A stretch of 64,000 nt of DNA. It comes from an uncultured Candidatus Saccharibacteria bacterium (GTDB lineage: Bacteria; Patescibacteriota; Dojkabacteria; SC72). A program made the position numbers and the translations under genes. The notes below the pieces were generated by a model. It made no database searches, had not been told where the DNA came from, and saw nothing but the letters and a program-made list of their open reading frames with translations. Position 1 is the stretch's first letter. Every line of letters starts with the position of its first letter. The stretch covers positions 118,506 to 182,505 of the forward strand of contig CAZEQZ010000002.1 of the NCBI GenBank assembly GCA_964514595.1. The letters are read 5' to 3'. Shown piece after piece: positions 10,266 to 19,688 of this stretch.

Positions 10266-11054
10266 TCACTCTCTTCTATTAATCTCAACTATCTCTTCTT
10301 TGTTTGATATTGCCATGAGCATTTGTATAATAGTATTGAATGTTCTTAACAAATTACACAAGAATGGGTATTTCACTTTATTATTTACTAAAACTTTGTA
10401 TGATTCCCAGAAATTATTCCAATATCCTTTTATTCCTCCTGTACTTAACCCCCCCACCCTCATATATACAAAATAACCTTTGATATAGGAAAGTTTATAT
10501 CCTTTCTTTAAAAGTCTTAACATAAAATCAAAATCTGCAGCTATTCTATACTTTTGGTTGTAATAACCTAAATCTTTATAGATTTTCCTCCTTAAATACA
10601 ATGTAGGGAATGGTGGATGCCATGCTAAATTTCTTGAAAAAGGTCTAGCTAAAAATTTTCTCTTTGGTTTTCTCATAGTTTCTTTATCTAAAAACAACAA
10701 ATCACTATATACACCATCCACAGACTTCTCTTTAAATTTCTCACTTATAATTGAGAAAACATTTGAGTCGGAAAGCTTATCATCCGCATTTAAGAACCCA
10801 ATAACGTCCCCAGTTGCCACTTTTATTCCTTTATTCATAGCATCATATAAACCCTCATCTTTCTCTGAGTGATACCGCATCTTACCTCCAAAAAGACTTT
10901 TATATTTTTCTAGTATCTTCAAAGTTCCATCAGAAGACTTCCCGTCAACTATAATGTATTCATAATCTCCATAAGTTTGATTTAATACAGATTTCAATGT
11001 CTCCTCTATGGTCCCTTCAGAATTGTAACAAACCGTAATTAGAGATATTTTCAT
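10266..11054 (-). CDS. Glycosyltransferase family 2 (WcaE-like)
   Basis: ISLITVCYN, DGKSSDGT, D.GLYDAMNKG and FLNADD motifs. Confidence 0.88.
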   Translation of the reverse strand: MKISLITVCYNSEGTIEETLKSVLNQTYGDYEYIIVDGKSSDGTLKILEKYKSLFGGKMRYHSEKDEGLYDAMNKGIKVATGDVIGFLNADDKLSDSNVFSIISEKFKEKSVDGVYSDLLFLDKETMRKPKRKFLARPFSRNLAWHPPFPTLYLRRKIYKDLGYYNQKYRIAADFDFMLRLLKKGYKLSYIKGYFVYMRVGGLSTGGIKGYWNNFWESYKVLVNNKVKYPFLCNLLRTFNTIIQMLMAISNKEEIVEINRRE

Positions 11055-11093
11055 AAATACCTTAATAATATTATTTTTGTACACAATGTACTA

Positions 11094-11417
11094 TCAGGCT
11101 TTACTCTTAGCTATCTCCCTTACCAACTTAGTAATTTGTTTTTCTAACTTCTCTATCCTGCTATTTAACTTAAGATTGGTATAAAAGAGTACTATTATTG
11201 ATAAATATATTAAAACATCCACACCCCTACCTACCCCAACTATTTCTCCTAAGGTATCTAAAACATCAGGAGGCATCCATATTAAAAATAGAGATACTCC
11301 CCAAAAAAATAACCAAAAAACAACTTTAAATAAATCTGTTTTATCTTTAAATACTCTTATTAATAGTTGTGCTATAACTATTAATATTATCCCCGTAGCT
11401 ATATATTGTATTAACAT
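11094..11417 (-). CDS. DUF2304 family small membrane protein
   Basis: GVGRGVD.LIY...KITKLVREIA pattern; translationally coupled to a DPM-like GT2. Confidence 0.8.
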   Translation of the reverse strand: MLIQYIATGIILIVIAQLLIRVFKDKTDLFKVVFWLFFWGVSLFLIWMPPDVLDTLGEIVGVGRGVDVLIYLSIIVLFYTNLKLNSRIEKLEKQITKLVREIAKSKA

Positions 11418-12103
11418 TAATCCTTTAATTTAGAAATTATTAACTTCCAAGCAATATTTAAACTATTAAATACACTCTGTCCTTTAGACATTGAATATTC
11501 TGTATAGTGTATTGTAACTGGAATCTCTGTATATTTTAAATTAAGTTTCTTTATCTTATCTAAAATCTCAGATGCATGCTCCATCCTATCATGCTGTATA
11601 TCCAACCTTTTAGCAGTATTAGCAGTCATAACTCTAAGACCATTATGAACATCTGTTAACCATATACCAGAGAGTAAGTATGTAAATATTATACCTCCCT
11701 TAAGTACAATTCTTTTCTTTAAAGGAATGTCATTCTCCCTTAGAAATCTCGAACCTAACACAATATCATATTTGCCTTTTATTAATTCTTCTAACATAGG
11801 ATCTAAATCATTTACATCATGTTGTCCGTCTGAATCAAAATGTACAATATATTTTGCACCCTTTTCTATGGCTATTTCCATGCCCGTTTGAATTGCAGCA
11901 CCCTGTCCCCTGTTGATTATATGTTTTGTAACTATGATATTTGTATTTTTCTTAACTACATCATAACCTAAATCCTTGCTCCCATCATCTACCACTACAA
12001 TATTTTTGTATCCTTTATTCTGCAAAGATTTGATGACTTTTAAAATCATCTTCTCATCATTGTACATTGGAATAGTTATATATACTTCAGATTTGTTTAT
12101 CAT
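11417..12103 (-). CDS. Polyprenyl-phosphate glycosyltransferase (DPM1-like GT2)
   Basis: VDDGSKD, NRGQGAA, FDSDGQH, GSRF and TD.HNGLR motifs. Confidence 0.87.
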   Translation of the reverse strand: MINKSEVYITIPMYNDEKMILKVIKSLQNKGYKNIVVVDDGSKDLGYDVVKKNTNIIVTKHIINRGQGAAIQTGMEIAIEKGAKYIVHFDSDGQHDVNDLDPMLEELIKGKYDIVLGSRFLRENDIPLKKRIVLKGGIIFTYLLSGIWLTDVHNGLRVMTANTAKRLDIQHDRMEHASEILDKIKKLNLKYTEIPVTIHYTEYSMSKGQSVFNSLNIAWKLIISKLKD

Positions 12104-12133
12104 AGTAGTAATTCTCTAATTCTAAAGATTATA

Positions 12134-13771
12134 TCACACCTTCTTAGGGTGGATTCTTAGTACTAACAAAACCATTATTGCTAAAACTACCTCTGGAAAA
12201 ACTATATATGCATACCTATCTATCACTGCCCCTGTAATTGCATGAAATACCGTATGAGAAAGACCAAATCCTAACAGAATGATTACCAAGTTAAAGTACT
12301 CTTTTGTTTTAGAATCTATACGCTTGAAGATGACTATGTACCTTATAGCCGCATAAATAAATAGGAATGGAAGCAGTATAAATAGAGCCTTAAAGAAATT
12401 TAAATGTAAAATAGAATATACTTCAAAAATATTTGACGAGAAAATTTCTTTATTGTTACTACTATATAGATTTTTTATATCACCGTATTGATAATCCTGA
12501 ATCCAAAGAAAATTGTCATCATTATACATATAACTCAAACCTATCGTTCTGTTTTCATGATGAAAATTTGTTATCTCTTTAATAGGATAATATGCACCTC
12601 TACTGTCCCTCCAACTTATATATACATTTATAGTAGCCAAATAATTGGAAAAATATGACTCCAAAACATAGATAGGATGTTTCTTAAATACTTTTAACCA
12701 AAAAGCCAGAGCATCATAGGTAGAAAAATTGTTCCCCTTATAGTACAAAACCATCTTATCAACCAAATTTCCCCTAGGAGACATAATTCTAACCACCCCG
12801 AAACTATCCGTACTGCCTCCTGACAATATATTTTGTATCTTGATCTTATCTTTATCAGAAACATATTGATCCTCTGAATAATCTTGGGCAGTAATATCTT
12901 CTAATTGACTTTCTAATCTCAAATTGCTAATTCCATTAATAATAGAATTACTTAATAGATGTTCATTTGTATAGCCCCTCTTTTCTGTTCTTCCGTGATA
13001 GTCCAAAAAAGAGTCCCACCCTCTTATACTCATAATCAAGGCGAATATGCACAGGAAGAAGGTTAGTAACCTTACGATTGCATCTTTCAAATTAAACCTG
13101 GTACATATGGAAAGCAGTATAGCAATAGGCAGTGAGAAGAGAACAGCTGTTACATACGGCTGTTTGAGAAACCAAAGAAATACCAATAGAAGTGCAAGAA
13201 GGACTGAAAAAAGTATATATTTCACTTTCTCTTTTCGGAAATCAATTTTTAACCATTTCCAACATAGAATGCAAGAAACAAAAACCAAAAATATACCTAC
13301 AAACTCTGTCAAGAAAGCGTGGAAATATCCAAACAGAATCGGATTGAACATGATTAAAAGTACAAAAAGGGAGAATACCAAAACCTTTCGTACTTTTTTA
13401 ACTTTAAATACTGCTAAGAGATTTCTTAGTACAAGATAGTAAGAGGTGATAAATCCGGTGAAGAATATATACGTAATTGTTAAGATACTTAACATACTAT
13501 TCCCCAAAACTAACGTACCTAAATAAATAATGACTGGGAAAGAAGGACCTCTAGTTATATTCCACGAAGAAATTGGCTTTATCCCATCAAAAATCTTTAA
13601 ATATATATAATAAAGTACAGAATCCGGCATTACAAAGAGAGGAACAGAAAAATAAGCTATCGTGAGTAATAACAAGAGAAGAAAAAAGACAAAAGAGAAG
13701 TCTGACACAATTATCCTCTTTATATTTTTGAAACTTTCCTTTAAAGATTTCTCCTTCATTTTCTCAAACAT
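12134..13771 (-). CDS. Polytopic membrane protein, putative GT-C glycosyltransferase
   Basis: PDS..Y after TM1; R.P.FP, LTE and DRY motifs; large extracytoplasmic loop. Confidence 0.6.
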   Translation of the reverse strand: MFEKMKEKSLKESFKNIKRIIVSDFSFVFFLLLLLLTIAYFSVPLFVMPDSVLYYIYLKIFDGIKPISSWNITRGPSFPVIIYLGTLVLGNSMLSILTITYIFFTGFITSYYLVLRNLLAVFKVKKVRKVLVFSLFVLLIMFNPILFGYFHAFLTEFVGIFLVFVSCILCWKWLKIDFRKEKVKYILFSVLLALLLVFLWFLKQPYVTAVLFSLPIAILLSICTRFNLKDAIVRLLTFFLCIFALIMSIRGWDSFLDYHGRTEKRGYTNEHLLSNSIINGISNLRLESQLEDITAQDYSEDQYVSDKDKIKIQNILSGGSTDSFGVVRIMSPRGNLVDKMVLYYKGNNFSTYDALAFWLKVFKKHPIYVLESYFSNYLATINVYISWRDSRGAYYPIKEITNFHHENRTIGLSYMYNDDNFLWIQDYQYGDIKNLYSSNNKEIFSSNIFEVYSILHLNFFKALFILLPFLFIYAAIRYIVIFKRIDSKTKEYFNLVIILLGFGLSHTVFHAITGAVIDRYAYIVFPEVVLAIMVLLVLRIHPKKV

Positions 13772-14781
13772 TTTACAAAATATCTATCAAAATCCTTACA
13801 TTTCTCAACCCAAGACCATCCCTTAATACTATTTAAATTCTCTTCTGACAATTCTTTGAACAAACCTTTGTTCTCAAATAAATATACTAACTTTTCCTTA
13901 AGACACTCTTTACTCCTTTCTTCCAATATCATTTTCTTCTGTTTCTTACCAAACACATCAGGCACTATACCTACATCCGTAGATATTACAGGCACTCCAC
14001 ATGCCATAGATTCTAGTACAGGATTAGGAGTACCCTCTATCTTAGAGGGACATATATATACATCTATCTTAGAATAATAATCATTCATCTTGTCATGAGG
14101 GATCATTCTAATTACCCTGTCAGCAAAGTACTCCTCTATACCGTATCCTTCCCTCTTTAATTCCTCTAGCGCAGGTTTTAAGATAGTATGAACTCCTTTA
14201 AAATCTTCTATATCGCTAGTCCATTTACTATTTCCCGCCCACCCTATGACTATTTTCCTTGTAGATATAGTATCGAACCTTTTCAAATTCTTTGGGAAAA
14301 ACTTTTTCAAATCTACACCATCTGTCACCACCGCCTTTGGCCTTTTTATACCCTCAAGATTAGAATATATTTTATTTAATCTTTTTGAACATACATAATA
14401 GTTTTTAACATACTTCAAAACCTCCTTTGTCTGTGAAGCTTTATTATCCAAAAACAGGTGATCATAGACAGCTGTAGAAATATTTAAATTGGGCATCAAT
14501 TCTTTAATATATTCATCCGTCTCGCAAAAACCTAGCTTTTGTAGGTAGTCGTGAGTTGGATAATCATTTAACCAAAGTAGCTGACCTCTCCAAAAGAAGT
14601 GAACCACATCACAATCCTCAACCAAAAATAAAACCTTAATAATGTTATCTATCCCGTCCATAACTATATATTGAAAATCGTACTTGTGTCCTAAATTCTT
14701 AATAACTTGCCTAGCAATATTTGCAAAAGCCCAATTATCTACATCTACTACTAGGGCAATTCGGGGTTTCTTTGATTTCAT
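13756..14781 (-). CDS. Glycosyltransferase family 4
   Basis: PSKIEGTPNPVLESMACGVPVISTDVG motif. Confidence 0.9.
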   Translation of the reverse strand: MKSKKPRIALVVDVDNWAFANIARQVIKNLGHKYDFQYIVMDGIDNIIKVLFLVEDCDVVHFFWRGQLLWLNDYPTHDYLQKLGFCETDEYIKELMPNLNISTAVYDHLFLDNKASQTKEVLKYVKNYYVCSKRLNKIYSNLEGIKRPKAVVTDGVDLKKFFPKNLKRFDTISTRKIVIGWAGNSKWTSDIEDFKGVHTILKPALEELKREGYGIEEYFADRVIRMIPHDKMNDYYSKIDVYICPSKIEGTPNPVLESMACGVPVISTDVGIVPDVFGKKQKKMILEERSKECLKEKLVYLFENKGLFKELSEENLNSIKGWSWVEKCKDFDRYFVKCLRK

Positions 14782-14997
14782 TTATTTTCTTCCTAAAATT
14801 TTACGAGAAAGTTTACTAAAGCCATGTGCTATTTTATATGACTTTGAATTCAAAATAACATTTAAATCTTTGAATAGTTTTTTAACATTCTTTCTTAATA
14901 ATTTGTTCTCCTTTTCCAAAATTACTAAGGTAGCTTTTAAATCCTCTATCTCTTTGTCTGTCATTTTTTTAGTCTTGATTGTACTCTTATTCCCCAT
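14782..14997 (-). CDS. Small coiled-coil protein with basic amphipathic C-terminal helix
   Basis: 71-aa ORF fills the gap between two GTs almost exactly (0-1 nt gaps); heptad pattern followed by LNSKSYKI. Confidence 0.6.
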   Translation of the reverse strand: MGNKSTIKTKKMTDKEIEDLKATLVILEKENKLLRKNVKKLFKDLNVILNSKSYKIAHGFSKLSRKILGRK

Positions 14998-14998
14998 T

Positions 14999-16807
14999 TT
15001 AACTATCTTTATTCAAAAATTTATTTAAACTCTCCTTAGCCTCTATATCATATTCATTCTTCCACTTTCTATACAACTCCATAATCTTACCCTTATTCTC
15101 TAAGCAATACATAATCTTTTCATATATAGATATTACATTATCTGCCTCATCCACTACTAAATAATCTCTTAATTCATGACCTTCCCAATAGTGATGATTA
15201 TTACCGGTTATACAAGGCACACCCAATTCAAAACTCTCTAAAGGTAACATAGGAGCACACTCTACGAATGTAACATACACATTAATATCATTACTCTTCA
15301 TTTTAGAAAAAAGTTCATCTCTACCTACTGGTTTAGTTGTTCCCGTTAAATTAAGATTAATCATATTAGCAAAATCATATACTCTATCACTTATAGGTAT
15401 ACACTCTACTACTGCATCCTTTACTAAACTAGTAGCAGATAGTTGATTGTAGAAATTCTTCACCCATCTATCGCCCGAAGCATACAAACCTATACGCACT
15501 GTATTAGTCTTTCCCCTCTCTTCTGGCTTAATCTCTTTCTTTCTATCTAATGTAAAATTATTCATTAAAAATTCTGTTTTGTATCCCTTTCTTTCATAAA
15601 ACTCTGCCATACTCTTCTTAACAAAACCCAAGCTAGATACTATGCCATCCTTGTACAAAGTGACTATCTCTTTAAACCTATACCAATCGTACTCCTCTAT
15701 ATGCATGCTATTACTACCATGCCATAACGTCTTTATTACAATTTCTTCATCAATCTCCTTTATCCTTCTTGCTAACTTTTCCCAACCAACTGCAAAGGCA
15801 CTAAACACAATCATCTTAGGTCTTTTATCACATATAATTTTTGCAATACTACTTACATACTTTGCTGAATGCAGCTCTTCAATCTCTATCACATTATCAA
15901 ACATTTCTTTAGTAGCGTATGTTGTACCTAACCATTTCGGATTACACGCCACTATAACCTGTCCTTCCTTGATCTCCTCCATTGTCCTTTCTATCTTCTC
16001 CTGTACTTTCTTTAAGTGTTTCAGATGTCTTATCTTATTTACTACCTTGGTAACAGGAAAAAACAAAACCTTGTATATACTTCTCAATATACCCTTAAAG
16101 ACCTTCAAAGTACTAATTATTGAATCCATTCTTTCTCTACCCAACATACGAAAGAGCTTGTTGTATATTTTGTCCTTCCCTGATGTCCAGCTAGCATCAT
16201 AGTAGTGGATCATACAGGTATTATCTGTGAACATATTGTCGTTATAGTCGTAATTAAGAGGATAGAAATACTCTCTAGTATATATCGTACCCCCATTTGC
16301 CAATTTTTGATTCTTAGAAGAATCGTTTTTCAAACCGTATTTCTTCTTTAACAGATCCGTGAGTAGGACTGGTATCGAGAATGAACCCATATTCTCAATA
16401 TCAAATGATATCTCTTCATATTTCTTCACTAAATCATTAATAATTGGGTTATTAGGATTTTTAGCTCCCAATGCCCCCACTGCAACATAATCCTTAGATT
16501 CCCAACCTGCAAAAAATTCTTCATCCTTAAGAAAATCTACATCCTTTACAACCATCATATCTGTATCAAAATATATCCCTCCATACTCTTTTAATGCATA
16601 TACTCTTGCTACATCAGAAACAAAAGCCCACTTCTTCTCTTCATATGCTTTTTTAGAAAATTCAGTAATATTCACATCAAAATTACTCTCATCCCATCTC
16701 CTTATCTCATAATCTGGGAAATACTTCTCCCAACTCTTTATACATTTCTTTGCTAATTTTGGTAAAGGCTTACCCCCAAACCAACAGTAATGAATAATTT
16801 TAGCCAT
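14999..16807 (-). CDS. Two-domain glycosyltransferase (GT32 DXD domain + GT-B-like domain)
   Basis: KIIHYCWFG and GGIYFDTD (GT32) at the N-terminus; ECAPMLPLES..LGVPC (GT4-like) at the C-terminus. Confidence 0.85.
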   Translation of the reverse strand: MAKIIHYCWFGGKPLPKLAKKCIKSWEKYFPDYEIRRWDESNFDVNITEFSKKAYEEKKWAFVSDVARVYALKEYGGIYFDTDMMVVKDVDFLKDEEFFAGWESKDYVAVGALGAKNPNNPIINDLVKKYEEISFDIENMGSFSIPVLLTDLLKKKYGLKNDSSKNQKLANGGTIYTREYFYPLNYDYNDNMFTDNTCMIHYYDASWTSGKDKIYNKLFRMLGRERMDSIISTLKVFKGILRSIYKVLFFPVTKVVNKIRHLKHLKKVQEKIERTMEEIKEGQVIVACNPKWLGTTYATKEMFDNVIEIEELHSAKYVSSIAKIICDKRPKMIVFSAFAVGWEKLARRIKEIDEEIVIKTLWHGSNSMHIEEYDWYRFKEIVTLYKDGIVSSLGFVKKSMAEFYERKGYKTEFLMNNFTLDRKKEIKPEERGKTNTVRIGLYASGDRWVKNFYNQLSATSLVKDAVVECIPISDRVYDFANMINLNLTGTTKPVGRDELFSKMKSNDINVYVTFVECAPMLPLESFELGVPCITGNNHHYWEGHELRDYLVVDEADNVISIYEKIMYCLENKGKIMELYRKWKNEYDIEAKESLNKFLNKDS

Positions 16808-16889
16808 ATATATACTTGTACTATTTGATATATTTTGATTATGTTATCACATTTAAAACCAAATCTCTATATTGATATATTGGTATTTC

Positions 16890-16918
16890 TTGACCTTGTG
16901 TGTAGCAAAAGATAGAAT
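16890..16918 (+). promoter_or_regulatory. Sigma70-type promoter
   Basis: TTGACC-17 bp-TAGAAT, 7 nt before ATG 16926. Confidence 0.6.
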
Positions 16919-16925
16919 TTCTGTT

Positions 16926-18107
16926 ATGAAGATACTGGTATGTAACACACTGGAGAAGAAAGGGGGAGCAGCAAGAAGTGCACGAAGAATTACAGAGTGT
17001 CTTAAACAGAATGGTATAGATGCTCAGTATCAGTACCTATACAAAGAAGAGCAGGAAAGAAAATCTCTAATACCAAAGATTGATGCCATACCCAAACTCC
17101 TTTCTTCTAAACAAAGAAAAACTCCCTTTAGCTCATCTCTCTTCTCTTTTGGGGGAAAGAAAATGGTAGAGAAATTAAACCCTGATATTTTGCACCTCAA
17201 TTATATTAATATGGGGATGTTTTCTATAAAGGAGATTGGAAACTTTAATATACCAATCGTATGGACTCTACACGATTCATGGACCTTTACGGGAGGTTGC
17301 CATCTACCTAATGATTGTATGAAATATACATCTAAGTGTAATAATTGTCCTGCATTAGGTTCAACAAGAAATTTTGATTTAAGTACATATATACTTTCCC
17401 AAAAAGAGAAACATTGGAGTGGAAAAAGCATTACTCTTGTATGCCCTAGTGAATGGTTAGCAAAGAAAGCCAAGGAGAGTAGATTGTTTAGGAATAGTGA
17501 AGTTTTAGTTATCCCCAATCCCATAGATACAAGCGTTTTTAAACCGTATGATAAGGAGGAGAGTAGGAAAAAATACAATCTTGAGAGTGACAAAAGATAT
17601 ATACTGTTTGGATCTGTTAATCCATTAAAAGACAGAAACAAGGGATTTCATTTTCTCAGAGATGCTCTTAAGAATTTTGATTTAGAAAATACTGAACTAT
17701 TAGTTTTTGGAACTGACCAAGAGGGTATAGATGTAGATATCCCGGTAAGGAGTGTGGGCTATATTGAAGAAGAAAAAGATTTAGCAATGCTATACTCAGC
17801 ATCAGATGTCACCATTATCTCGTCAATGTCAGAAAATCTCCCAAATGTTTTGATAGAGTCATTAGCATGTGGTACACCTTGTGTGGGTTTTGATGTAGGT
17901 GGAGTTCCTGAAATTATTAACAAGAAAGAATTGGGAGAAGTTGTAGAACCATTTGATACAAGGAAACTATCTGAAGCGATTAAGGTATGTCTTACGAGCA
18001 AAGAGAGATTTAGTAGAGAAGATCTTCATTTAGATATTGAACAGAGATACGGATACAAAGTAATTGCAGAAAAATATACAAAGCTATACGAAAGCCTATC
18101 CCTCTAG
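16926..18107 (+). CDS. Glycosyltransferase family 4 (WcaC-like)
   Basis: GGAARS, WTLHDSW.FTGGCH, C..Y..C..CP and ENLPNVLIES.ACGTP motifs. Confidence 0.9.
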   Translation: MKILVCNTLEKKGGAARSARRITECLKQNGIDAQYQYLYKEEQERKSLIPKIDAIPKLLSSKQRKTPFSSSLFSFGGKKMVEKLNPDILHLNYINMGMFSIKEIGNFNIPIVWTLHDSWTFTGGCHLPNDCMKYTSKCNNCPALGSTRNFDLSTYILSQKEKHWSGKSITLVCPSEWLAKKAKESRLFRNSEVLVIPNPIDTSVFKPYDKEESRKKYNLESDKRYILFGSVNPLKDRNKGFHFLRDALKNFDLENTELLVFGTDQEGIDVDIPVRSVGYIEEEKDLAMLYSASDVTIISSMSENLPNVLIESLACGTPCVGFDVGGVPEIINKKELGEVVEPFDTRKLSEAIKVCLTSKERFSREDLHLDIEQRYGYKVIAEKYTKLYESLSL

Positions 18108-18833
18108 ATATGCTTTTACAGCACCATCTATAGAATCATATTCATGAACCCTACCATCTTTAAGAAATACTGCTCTATCACAGAATCTCTCAACAGCACC
18201 AGGAGAGTGTGTTACTAATACTACAGTCTTACCTTTCTTTTTGTAACCCTTAAAGATATCAAAACACTTCTCCTGAAATGCTACATCTCCTACTGCTAAA
18301 ACCTCATCTAATATGTATATGTCTGCATCTGCCATGATGGCGATGGAGAATGCTAACCTCACTTGCATACCTGAAGAGAAATTCTTTAAGGTCATATCCA
18401 TAAATTTTTCTAGTTCTGCAAACTCCACTATCTCCTTGTATTTCTCTTTCAACATGGATTTTTTCATACCAAGTATTATTCCGTTAAGATACACATTCTC
18501 TCTTGCTGTAAGCTCTGGATTAAATCCTACTCCTAATTCTAAAAAAGGAACCATACTTCCATTTATCTTTACTTTTCCGCTTGTAGGTTCATATATACCT
18601 GCCATTATCTTTAGTAATGTAGATTTCCCACTACCATTCCTACCCATTATCCCAATAAATTCACCTGGATATATATCCAGATCAATATCCTTTAATACCT
18701 CATACTGTTCACCCTCTCTTTTGAATAGCTTCCACGGCTTAGTAGCATACTCGATGAAGGTATCATGTCTCTCATGAGGAAGGAAAAATGATTTCTTTAC
18801 GTTCCTAATTTGTATTACTGGTTTATTATCCAT
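18096..18833 (-). CDS. wzt: Polysaccharide ABC exporter ATPase (Wzt/TagH-like), no C-terminal CBM
   Basis: GRNGSGKSTLL, FSSGMQVRLAF and LDEVLAVGD..FQ.KC motifs; 245 aa. Confidence 0.93.
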   Translation of the reverse strand: MDNKPVIQIRNVKKSFFLPHERHDTFIEYATKPWKLFKREGEQYEVLKDIDLDIYPGEFIGIMGRNGSGKSTLLKIMAGIYEPTSGKVKINGSMVPFLELGVGFNPELTARENVYLNGIILGMKKSMLKEKYKEIVEFAELEKFMDMTLKNFSSGMQVRLAFSIAIMADADIYILDEVLAVGDVAFQEKCFDIFKGYKKKGKTVVLVTHSPGAVERFCDRAVFLKDGRVHEYDSIDGAVKAYLEG

Positions 18834-19597
18834 TAGAAATACTCCGCTATTTTAGAAACTCTACTCTTAAAGAAAATATTACCTAGTATAAATACCACTA
18901 GACATATTAAGAATACTATCCCAACTTGAAGAAAATCCTCTCCTCTCACTGTATCTCCAGTTATCAATCCCTTTCTTGCATATGTGAGGATTAAGGTTAA
19001 AGGATTAAGTTTAATATATCCTTGTAATCTCTCCGGTAACATTTCTAATGTGTAATATACGGGTGTCATCCAAAATACCAATTGCAAAATTACAATAGTA
19101 AGATTATGTATGTCTCTTAATTTTATATATATGATACTTAGGAATTGACCAATACCTAAGGTTAATACAAATATACTAAGAATACAGAAGAGAAAAAGAA
19201 GAAATCCTATGAAAGTTGTATGAATGGGAGTGAAGATACTAAATATTACGAATACTATCATATTAAAGAAGAAATCCAAGAATGAGACTGTTATCGAACT
19301 AAAGACTACTACTTCTCTAGGGAATTTAATCTTAAGTATTATTCCTGCCTTATTCATCATGGAAGTAAGACCCATTAATACTGCTTCACTAAACATATTC
19401 ATAATGATGATACCTAATAGTAATCCCATCTTATATGACTCATCCATCCGGAATATGTTTGACCATATGAGATATATAACCCCAAACATAGCTAAAGGTT
19501 TGAGTATTATCCATACTATACCTAAATATGAATTCTTGTATCTCAGTTTGAAATCTGTCCCTATAAATTGTGATAGTAGCTCTATATAGTTAAACAT
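18833..19597 (-). CDS. wzm: Polysaccharide ABC exporter permease (Wzm/TagG-like)
   Basis: DFKLRYKNS.LG..W..L.PL, RD, TPVYY and NPL motifs. Confidence 0.92.
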   Translation of the reverse strand: MFNYIELLSQFIGTDFKLRYKNSYLGIVWIILKPLAMFGVIYLIWSNIFRMDESYKMGLLLGIIIMNMFSEAVLMGLTSMMNKAGIILKIKFPREVVVFSSITVSFLDFFFNMIVFVIFSIFTPIHTTFIGFLLFLFCILSIFVLTLGIGQFLSIIYIKLRDIHNLTIVILQLVFWMTPVYYTLEMLPERLQGYIKLNPLTLILTYARKGLITGDTVRGEDFLQVGIVFLICLVVFILGNIFFKSRVSKIAEYF

Positions 19598-19649
19598 GTC
19601 TATAGATTATATTTACTAATATTCCATTTGGCAAATGCCTACTATTTCC

Positions 19650-19678
19650 TTGTCCAATAGTAGATGGATGAGTATAAT
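19650..19678 (+). promoter_or_regulatory. Sigma70-type promoter
   Basis: TTGTCC-17 bp-TATAAT, 10 nt before ATG 19689. Confidence 0.55.
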
Positions 19679-19688
19679 GATTTGTCAT

